The position numbers and the translations under genes were made by a program. The notes below the pieces were generated by a model that made no database searches, was not told where the DNA came from, and was given only the letters and a program-made list of their open reading frames with translations. A stretch of 64,000 nt of DNA from Anaeromyxobacter sp. (GTDB lineage Bacteria; Myxococcota; Myxococcia; Myxococcales; Anaeromyxobacteraceae), in contig JASGJN010000014.1 in assembly GCA_049840735.1 (NCBI GenBank), forward strand, positions 205,946-269,945, in the 5' to 3' direction. This document shows positions 56,257-64,000 of this stretch, piece after piece; position 1 is the first letter of the stretch; every line of letters starts with the position of its first letter.

Positions 56257-57224
56257 GCGGTGGGGTCTAGCGCCGCCGCCTTCCCCGCGCGAGCACCCCG
56301 CGGGACGAGCGCCAGCCAGGGCGGCTTCGCGAAGCTCGCCGCCAGGTGGTCGATGAGCGCGCGCACCTTGGGCGGCACGTGGCGGCGGTGGGTGTGGACG
56401 GCGTAGATGCCCAGCTCGCGCCGGGCGTGTCCCTCCAGCACCGTCGTGAGCCGGCCGGCGGCCAGCTCGTGCGCGACCATGGCCAGCGGGAGCACCGCCA
56501 GCCCCAGCCCGGCCACCGCCGCCGAGCGGAGCACGGCCGCGTCGCTGGCCACGAAGCGGCCGCCGCCGCCCACCCGCTGCCCGGTGCCCAGGCCGCGGAA
56601 CCCCCACTCACCGCTGGCCGGGATGTGGGCCGAGCGCAGGCACTCGTGCTGGACCAGGTCGGCGGGCGTGCGCGGCGCGCCGGCCCGGGCCAGGTAGGCC
56701 GGCGCGGCCACCACCACCAGCCGGTCGCTGGCCAGCTTCCGCGCCACCAGGCTGGAGTCGGCCAGGCGCGAGATGCGGATGGCCAGGTCGAAGCCGTCCT
56801 CCACCAGGTCCACCAGCCGATCGCTGGTGATGAGCTCCACCCGCACGTGCGGGTGGCGGGCCACGAACCCGGCGATGGGGGCGGCCAGGTAGAGATTGGT
56901 GAAGGTGACCGGGGCGGTGATCCGGACCGTGCCGCGCGGCGCCGCGTCGGCCCCCTCCACCGCCTGCGCCGCCTCCTCGGCCGCGGCCACCATCCGCGCC
57001 GCCCGCTCGTACACCTCCTGGCCGGCGGCGGTGGCGGCCACCTTGCGCGTGGTCCGCTCCAGCAGCCGCACGCCCAGCTGGTCCTCCAGCCGCGCCACCC
57101 GGGCGCTCACCGCCGACTTGGAGATGCCCAGCGAGCGGGCGGCGGCGGTGAAGGAGCGGTCCTCCACCACGCGGACGAAGAGCGCCATCGAGACCAGCGT
57201 GTCGAGCGGTGCGGCCACGGCCAC
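56253..57224 (-). CDS. LysR family regulator (CrgA/DmlR-like)
   Basis: FVRVVEDRSFTAAA..LG.SKSAVS...LE..LGVRLLERTTR; DLVEDGFDLAIR. Confidence 0.93.
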   Translation of the reverse strand: MAVAAPLDTLVSMALFVRVVEDRSFTAAARSLGISKSAVSARVARLEDQLGVRLLERTTRKVAATAAGQEVYERAARMVAAAEEAAQAVEGADAAPRGTVRITAPVTFTNLYLAAPIAGFVARHPHVRVELITSDRLVDLVEDGFDLAIRISRLADSSLVARKLASDRLVVVAAPAYLARAGAPRTPADLVQHECLRSAHIPASGEWGFRGLGTGQRVGGGGRFVASDAAVLRSAAVAGLGLAVLPLAMVAHELAAGRLTTVLEGHARRELGIYAVHTHRRHVPPKVRALIDHLAASFAKPPWLALVPRGARAGKAAALDPTA

Positions 57225-57249
57225 CTCCTGGCCCGCGCGGGCCCGGGCG

Positions 57250-57272
57250 ATTGTCCACCGGCGCGAACAGTG
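57250..57272. promoter_or_regulatory. Candidate LysR box between lysR and doxX
   Basis: TTGTCCAC-N5-GCGAACAG imperfect inverted repeat in the divergent spacer. Confidence 0.5.
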
Positions 57273-57343
57273 TGACCGCTCCTCCGCCCTCCCGCAACCG
57301 CCGCGGCGGCGGTACCTCTGGGGACAAGAAAGGACTCACCGAC

Positions 57344-57832
57344 ATGACCTCGTTCCTCGACACCGACGCCTCCCGCACCCGCCGCCTCGCCCAGCGCCTC
57401 CTCCTCGCCGCCGTGATTTTCCCCCACGGCGCCCAGAAGCTCTTCGGCTGGTTCGGCGGGCGACGGCTTCGAAGGCACCATGGGCCTCCTCACGCAGAAG
57501 GCCGGGCTGCCCTGGGCGGTGGCGCTGCTGGTGGTGCTGGCCGAGTCGCTGGGCGCCGTCGCGCTCGCCGCCGGCCTCCTCTCCCGCCCACCGCCGCCGG
57601 CATCGCCGCGGTGATGATCGGCGCGGTGGCCACGGTCCACTGGCAGGCCGGCTTCTTCATGAACTGGTCGGGCGCCCAGGCCGGCGAGGGGTTCGAGTAC
57701 CACCTGCTGGCGCTGGCGCTGGCCATCCCGGTGGTCGTCTCCGGCGGCGGCGCCTGGTCGCTGGACCGCGTGCTGGCGCGCGCGCTGCGCCGCGGCGCGG
57801 GCGCGCCGGCGGGGGCGGTGGCGCGGGCGTAG
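57344..57832 (+). CDS. DoxX family membrane protein (two compensating read frameshifts)
   Basis: FPHGAQKLFGWFGG, GFFMNW.G...GEGFEYHLL, GGGAWSLD. Confidence 0.88.
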   Translation: MTSFLDTDASRTRRLAQRLLLAAVIFPHGAQKLFGWFGGRRLRRHHGPPHAEGRAALGGGAAGGAGRVAGRRRARRRPPLPPTAAGIAAVMIGAVATVHWQAGFFMNWSGAQAGEGFEYHLLALALAIPVVVSGGGAWSLDRVLARALRRGAGAPAGAVARA

Positions 57833-57887
57833 GGCCCGGCACGCCGCCGGGCCCGGAGCCGAAGGACGAACCACGGACCGACGCAGC

Positions 57888-58710
57888 TCACTCCTCGGCG
57901 GCGCCGGCCGGATCTCGGCTGATGTAGGGCTTGAGCCGGCGCCCCACCCTCAGGACGATTCGGTAGCGCGGCGGGTGGGTGAGGTTGGTGCTCCAGCGCG
58001 GGCGGTGCTCCTGCAGCGCCGCCCGCGGGAGCGCAGCCTGCAGCGAGCGCGGCACGTTGACCTCGTCGACGCGCACCTCCACCCAGCCCTCGACGCGGCA
58101 GTCCGGCGCGTCGCAGCGGGTGGCACCGTCGGAGACCTCCAGCGTGGTGCGCACCACCGCCGGGAGGATGATCACCCGGCTCCGGTCGGGGTGGCGGGCG
58201 CGGAGGGCCGCGGGGTCTGGACCGGCCTCCAGCGGGACCAGCCGGGAGGCGCCGGAGAGCGCCTCCTCCAGGTTCGCCTCGCGCTCCAGCCGCTGCTCCT
58301 GCTGCTCGGTCGCGGCGGCGCGGGCCTGCGCCTCGCGCTCGGCCCAGGCCGGGCCGTCCTGCTCCAGCGCCACGTAGGCGGCGCGGCTCACCTGCCGGCC
58401 CACCTTGTCCCGGGCCGCCTGGAGGTCATGTGGGAGCGACACGTCGAAGCCGATGGCCTGCAGCTGCGGCGCGTCGATGGTCACCCGCCAGGCGTCGTGG
58501 AGCAGGCCGGGGAGCCACGGCGGTGGTCTCGATCCTCAGCGCCACCCCCGAGCTCTCGGCCCGCAGGAAGACCGGCGCCAGCGGCAGCTCGCGCTCGGTC
58601 AGCACCACCTCGGCCTCGGTCGCGCTCCGGTTCCAGGCCGCGCCCGCCAGCACCCAGCCGGTGACCAGCAGCACCAGCGCCACCGCCAGCTTCCACCCGT
58701 GCCGCCTCAT
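57888..58710 (-). CDS. DUF4824-like protein; frameshift near 58520
   Basis: VLAGAAWNRS...LTEREL, L.AIGFD, YVALEQDG, SRLVPL.AG.D..ALR; coupled to the upstream membrane gene. Confidence 0.65.
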
Positions 58711-59780
58711 GGCGCCACCTCCGCCGCGGCCCGGACCGCCTGCGACGCCGCGCGCAGCCGGCGCAGCACCAGCAGCAGCAGGGTGGCCACCAGCCCCAGC
58801 ACCAGGAAGAACAGGTAGCGGGGCATCCACTCCCACCACCAGTCGTAGAGCTTCGTGTAGAGGAAGATGGTGAAGGCGGTGCTCCCCAGGTTGGCGGTGC
58901 CCGGCCAGCCGCGGCGCACGCCCAGCAGGATCACCGCTGCGGACGCCGCGAAGCCCGCCACCTGGTAGAGGTGCTCCGCCGCCACGCGCGAGAGCGGCAG
59001 CGCGCTGGCGTTGCCCCAGTCGGCCAGGATCAGGATCGCGACCAGCACGGCCAGCAGCCCGGTGATCCGGTAGGCCGCAGGGAAGGCGGTGCGGACCCGG
59101 TGCGGGACGAAGGAGAGCCCGAACAGCACCAGGCCGCCGGCGATCACCGTCTCCGGCCGTTCGCCGGCCGAGATCCAGTAGATGCCGCCGAAGGTCCCGG
59201 CGGAGGCGGAGAGCCAGGCCAGCAGGCAGCAGAGCCCGGCCACCAGCAAGAGCCGGAGCCCGTGGGCGTAGGCCAGGAAGAGCGCGAAGGCCGCCCAGAC
59301 CAGGAAGGCGTGCTGGCTGGGCGTGACGTCGAAGATCTGCCCCAGCATGGAGAGGTCGAGCACGAAGGCGGCCAGGGCCACCAGCGCGGTGATGGTGGCG
59401 AAGGTGCCGGAGCGATCCCGCCGGGCGGCCAGCTCCGTCGCGCCCACCCCCACGAGCGGCGCGGCGGCCAGCACCGCCACCTGGACCGGCACGCCCAGGT
59501 AGCCCCAGTACCGGTAGAAGAGGAACCAGACCGCCGCCGAGAACGCCACCGCGCCCAGGAAGGCGACGATCCGCATCCCCCAGGACAGCTGCTTCTGGCC
59601 GCCGGTGGCGTCGATGTCGTGCTCGGCCGTCAGCGCGGCCAGCAGCGCCGCGTGGTGCGCCGCCACCCGCGCGCGCTGGTCGGCCGCGAGCGCCAGCGCC
59701 CCCTCCTGCTCCAGCGCGCCCAGCTCGTCCTGGAAGGCGCGGACCCGATCCGCCCGCGCCTGCGCCTCGTCCCTGGTCAT
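58707..59780 (-). CDS. DUF2157-like multi-pass membrane protein
   Basis: AQARADRVRAF..EL, LSWGMRIVAFLG, LGQIF, about 10 TM segments. Confidence 0.75.
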   Translation of the reverse strand: MTRDEAQARADRVRAFQDELGALEQEGALALAADQRARVAAHHAALLAALTAEHDIDATGGQKQLSWGMRIVAFLGAVAFSAAVWFLFYRYWGYLGVPVQVAVLAAAPLVGVGATELAARRDRSGTFATITALVALAAFVLDLSMLGQIFDVTPSQHAFLVWAAFALFLAYAHGLRLLLVAGLCCLLAWLSASAGTFGGIYWISAGERPETVIAGGLVLFGLSFVPHRVRTAFPAAYRITGLLAVLVAILILADWGNASALPLSRVAAEHLYQVAGFAASAAVILLGVRRGWPGTANLGSTAFTIFLYTKLYDWWWEWMPRYLFFLVLGLVATLLLLVLRRLRAASQAVRAAAEVAP

Positions 59781-59905
59781 CGGAAGCCCTCCCGACGACC
59801 AGCCTACCGCGCCCGCGGCGGGTGGGGGCGGAACATGCGCTGCCGCCGTCCATCAACCTGCCGTGAACGAACGCCGTCGGCGGGTGCAGAGCGAAGGACG
59901 TCGGC

Positions 59906-60081
59906 GGGGCGGGGGCCCCACGCGACCGCGTGGGGGAGGGGCAGCGCCCCTCCTCGCTGGGTGCCGCGCAAGGGCCCAGTCCGCTGTCGAGCTGATCTGG
60001 GCCCGCAGCGCGGCGGGACCCAGCGCAGCGGGGGTGGGGCCCCGACGGCTCCGCCGGCGGGGCGGGGGCGTCAGCCCCCGT
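59906..60081. repeat. Structured repeat family B, copy 2
   Basis: Same architecture as 43520-43671. Confidence 0.75.
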
Positions 60082-60146
60082 TCGATCTGCACTGAACGGC
60101 TGCCGCGATTCGCCTCACCGAAGGTGAGCGAATCGCGGCCTGCCGG

Positions 60147-60581
60147 TCAGTGCGCCGTGGGCTGCTGCTCGGAGTCGCTCTTCACCTCCTGCAGCGTCTG
60201 GCCGATCTCCTCCTCGCTGTCGAGGTCGGTCAGGTCGGCCAGGGCCACCACGCCCTGCAGCCGGCCCTGCTCGTCGCAGACCATGATCCGCGACAGCCGG
60301 CGCTCGCGCATGAGCCGCTTGGCCTCCTCCAGATCGTCGTCCAGCCGGCAGCTCACCACGTCCCGGGTCATCACCTGGGAGATGGGCGTTCCGGCCGGCC
60401 GCCCGTCCGCCAGGACGCGGATGGCCAGGTCGCGATCGGTGATCGCCCCCACCGGCTCGCCGGCCTGGTTGCAGATGGGCGCGAAGCCCACGTTCTGCTC
60501 CTTCATGAAGCGCGCGCAGGACTGGGCGGTGTCGTCCTCGCGGCAGCCCTGCGCCTGGCTCATCACCTCTCGCAGCTGCAT
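60147..60581 (-). CDS. CBS domain pair protein
   Basis: G.ITDRDLAIR, VMTRDVV, GVVALADL. Confidence 0.9.
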   Translation of the reverse strand: MQLREVMSQAQGCREDDTAQSCARFMKEQNVGFAPICNQAGEPVGAITDRDLAIRVLADGRPAGTPISQVMTRDVVSCRLDDDLEEAKRLMRERRLSRIMVCDEQGRLQGVVALADLTDLDSEEEIGQTLQEVKSDSEQQPTAH

Positions 60582-60689
60582 GTGATCCTCCCTCGTGGTC
60601 GGGGATCACGGTGGGGACGAGCCGCGGGCGGCGCCAGCGCGAGCCGGGGCCGCCAGCGCGGGCGCCGGTCCGGCCGGGCGCAGGCAGGC

Positions 60690-61581
60690 TCAGCCCGGGC
60701 GGTGGCGCAGCCGCTCCAGCGCGGCCGCCAGGTCCTCGGGCAGCGGCGCCTGCACCTCCACCGGCGCGCCGTCGGACGGGCGCGGGAACCGCAGGCGCCG
60801 GGCGTGGAGCGCCTGGCGGGCGATGGCCTCGGCGCGGACGCCGTAGGTGGCGTCGCCCAGCACCGGCCAGCCGGCCTCCGCCAGCTGCACGCGGATCTGT
60901 GCGTCCGCCCGGTCTCCAGCCGGACCGCCAGCGCCGCGGCGCCGGGGAGCCGCGCCTCGACCGTGAAGGCCAGGCGCGCCCGGCGCGGCGACGGGTAGCG
61001 GGTGGTGAAGCGGCGCGGATTGTCCGGGTCGCGGCCGTAGGGCGTGTCGAGCCGCCCCTCGTCCGGCGGCTCCCCCTTCACCAGCACCCAGTAGTCCTTC
61101 TCCACCTGCCCGGCCTCGAAGGCCGCCTTGAGCGCGGCCAGGGCGCGGCCGTGGCGGGCCAGCAGCAGCGCGCCGCTGGTGTCCCGGTCCAGCCGGTGCG
61201 GCAGCCCCGGGAGCGCCCGGCCGTCCACCTCGAGGCGCCCAGCCGGCTGGCGGCGGAGAGCACCGAGGGTTGGCCGGGGCCGCTCGCCTCCACCGCCAGC
61301 CCGGGCGGCTTCTGCACCACCAGGCAGTCGGCGTCGTCGTAGAGCGCCTGCAGCCGGGGCCCCACCGCCTCCTCGGCCGGCGCCGCCGGCCGCTCCACCA
61401 CCACCTCCTCGCCGCCGAACAGCTTGCGGACCGGCGAGCAGGTCTTGCCGCGGATGCGCACCTGCCCGCCCTCGATCAGCGCGCGGGCGCGCTCCACCGG
61501 CAGGGCCAGCGCGCGCGCCAGCCACCGGTCGAGCCGCTCACCCGCCGCCGACCGCGGGACGGTCACCGCCTCGCGCGTCAC
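60690..61581 (-). CDS. RluA/RluD family pseudouridine synthase with S4 domain; two read frameshifts
   Basis: GERLDRWL, KPPGL, HRLDRDTSG, LETGRTH, LGDATYG, QALHA. Confidence 0.9.
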
Positions 61582-63962
61582 CGGCCCGCCGAGGGGCCGG
61601 GCACCACGTTGCCGTCGGCGTCCACCGCCTGGATGCTCCCCAGCCCCAGCGCGCGCAGCCCGGGCTCGACCTTCGCCCGGTCGCCCACGATCACCCAGGT
61701 CAGCCTGGCGGGGTCGATGATCCCGGCGGCGCGGGTCAGGTCGGCCGCGGTGAGCGCCTGCACCTTGTCCGGCAGCGCGTCCCAGTAGCGGTCGTCGAAG
61801 CCGAAGCGGACGATGGAGGTGATGGAGCTCACCACCGCCCGCGACGTCTCCCAGCGCCCGGGGAGCGGCAGGGTCAAGGCCGACTTGGCCATGACCAGCT
61901 CGTCCGGCGTGGGCGGCTTGGCGCCGCGGATCCCGGTCAGCTCGCTGCGCACCTCGGTGACCGCCTCGGCGGTCTTGTCGGCCTGCACCGGCGCGTAGGC
62001 GAAGAAGGTGCGCGGCCCCCGGGCGTCCACGAAGGTGGTGCGGGCGCCGTAGGACCAGTGCTTGTCCTCGCGCAGGTTCATGTTGAGGCGCGAGATGAAC
62101 ACGCCGCCCAGGATGGTGTTGAGCGCCGTCTGCGGGATCTCGTCCGGGTTGGCGCGCGGCGGCGCGGCCAGGCCGGCGATGACCACGCTCTGGATGGAGC
62201 CGGGGCGGTCCACCACGAAGACCCGCGGCGCGCTGGGCAGGGCCACCGGCGCCAGGTTCTTCTTTGGCACCTCGCCTGGCTGCCAGCCGGCGAAGAGCTT
62301 CTCCAGCTTCGGCACGATCTCGGCCGCGGTGGTGTCCCCCACCACCACCAGCGTGGCGTTGTTCGGGCGCACCCAGGTCCTGTGCCAGCGCACCACGTCG
62401 TCGCGGGTGAGCTTCGCGACCGAGGCGGTGGTGCCGGAGCCGGTGAGCGGGTTGGCGTAGGCGTGCCCCTGCCCGTAGACCAGCCGCGGCAGGATCCGCA
62501 GCGCCGAGGTCATTGGGGCTCGGACTGCTCCTGCGCGATGGCCGCCAGCTGCTGCTGCTTGAGCCGCTCGAAGTCGGCGGCCGGGAAGGTGGGCGCCATC
62601 ACCACCTCGGCCAGCAGCCCCAGCGACGGCTCGAGGTTGGCCCCGAGCGCGCGGACATGGTCACCACGCTGGTGTCGAGGTCGGAGCGGGTGTCGAGCTG
62701 CGCGCCCAGCGACTGCAGCGCGTCGGAGAATCGTGCAGCGGGCCGACCGGGAGCGGGTGCCCTCGTCCAGCATGGCCGAGGCCAGGCGGGCCGCGCCGGG
62801 CGTGCCGAACTGGTCCGAGGCGTAGCCGGCGTCCACCAGCAGGTCGAGCTGCACCGCCGGGACGGCGTGGCGCTCCGCCACGATCACGGTGAGGCCGTTC
62901 CCGAGCTTGTGGCGGGTGAAGGCCGGGAAGGCCGGCGCCGGGGCCGGCCCGGGGGCGGGGCGCTGGGCGCGATCGGCCCCGGCGCTGGCGGCGGTGTGCT
63001 CGCCGTAGGGCAGCACCGAGAGGACGTAGGCGCCGTCGGAGAGCCAGCGCCGGGCCGCGTCACGCACCTGGGCCGCGGTGGCGTCGCGCACGCGCCCGAG
63101 CCGGACCTTGTAGAAGTCCGGCGAGCCTCCGTAGACCTGGTGCTCGGCAAGCACGTCGGAGGTGCCGCCGAAGCCGCCGATCTGCTCCACGCCGCGCACG
63201 AAGCGGCCCAGCCGCGCCGTCTTGGCGCGCTGCAGCTCCGCGTCGGTCGGGCCCGAGGCCAGGAACCGCTTCAGCTCCTCGCGCACCGCCGCCTCCACCG
63301 GCGCCAGGTCACCGCCCGGCCGCGCGGTCACGTCGAGGTAGAAGGTGGAGCCCATTCCTCGGCGGTGCCGGGGCTGGCGTTGACCGCGGTGCAGAGCTGC
63401 GTGTCGTAGACCAGCCGCTTGTAGAGCCGCGAGCTCTTCCCCTCGGAGAGGACGCCGGCCGCCAGCGAGAGCAGGTCGTCGTCGGCGTTGCCCCACTCCG
63501 GCGTGTTCCAGACCAGGAACAGGCGCGCCGCCGGCACCCGGTCCTGCAGGACCTGCCGCTGCTCGCCGCTGCGCCCTCGCCACCCAGGCCTGCTGGCGCG
63601 CCACCGGCGGGCCGGCCGGGATGTCGCCGAAGTAGTGCAGGACCTTCTTCAGCACCTCGGCCGGCTTCACGTCGCCGGCCACCACCACCGTGGCGTTGGC
63701 GGCGCCGTAGTAGGTCTTGAACCACTCCTTCACGTCGTCCAGGGAGGCGGCCTCGAGGTCCTCCATGGAGCCGATGGTGGTCCAGGAGTAGGGGTGGTTG
63801 CGCGGGTAGATTGAGGGGGCCATCACCTCGTCCACCAGGCCGTAGGGCTCGTTCTCGCCCTGCCGCTTCTCGTTCTGGACCACGCCGCGCTGCTCGTCCA
63901 GCTTGGCTTGGTCGATGGCGCCGACCAGGTGGCCCATCCGGTCGGACTCCATCCAGAGCACC
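61578..63962 (-). CDS. M16 (pitrilysin-like) zinc peptidase, 5'-truncated; several read frameshifts
   Basis: ESDRMG, QRGVVQNEKRQ, HPYSW.TIGS, SRLYKRLV, SRLNMNLREDKHWSYG. Confidence 0.9.
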
Positions 63963-63996
63963 AGGTGCTGTTCGGATTCTATCGTGTTTCCCTATT
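63963..63996 (+). other. Sequencing artefact: Oxford Nanopore native barcode adapter (matches barcode 04 as recalled)
   Basis: AGGTGCTG flank + TTCGGATTCTATCGTGTTTCCCTA + TT; abrupt drop in GC breaks the M16 gene. Confidence 0.9.
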
Positions 63997-64000
63997 GTCA

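Overview
High-GC Myxococcota DNA, most like Anaeromyxobacter (inferred from gene content and a MYXO-CTERM tail). The window ends in an untrimmed Oxford Nanopore native-barcode adapter (63963-63996), and about 15 genes carry indel frameshifts, many next to GATC/GACC. It is therefore best read as a raw or low-coverage long read, not a set of pseudogenes. Contents: (1) S46 peptidase, a small ribbon-helix-helix gene coupled to nadA, a methyltransferase and a TPR-like protein; (2) a compact Mo-nitrogenase cluster nifH-D-K-EN(fused)-X-fdxB-B-W with nifA-GNAT, draT and draG, sigma54 promoters and a NifA UAS; (3) a divergent GH13 pair, one a secreted active enzyme and one lacking two catalytic residues and ending in a zinc ribbon; (4) tig-clpP-clpX-(class V aminotransferase)-lon, sspB-like, six tRNAs, rdgB, rph, amidase; (5) an MCP, selenocysteine-containing selD, TPR, bamD, recX, pilT paralogue, esterase, a Cys-rich repeat surface protein, rplM-rpsI, a UvrD/Rep helicase, PilZ, LysR/DoxX, membrane proteins, CBS, RluA and an M16 peptidase. 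The most unusual signals are two dispersed structured-repeat families with visible compensatory base changes (10 copies and 2 copies), a candidate RHH regulator of nadA with a palindromic operator, and the GH13 pseudoenzyme. No CRISPR array, integrase or transposase was seen.
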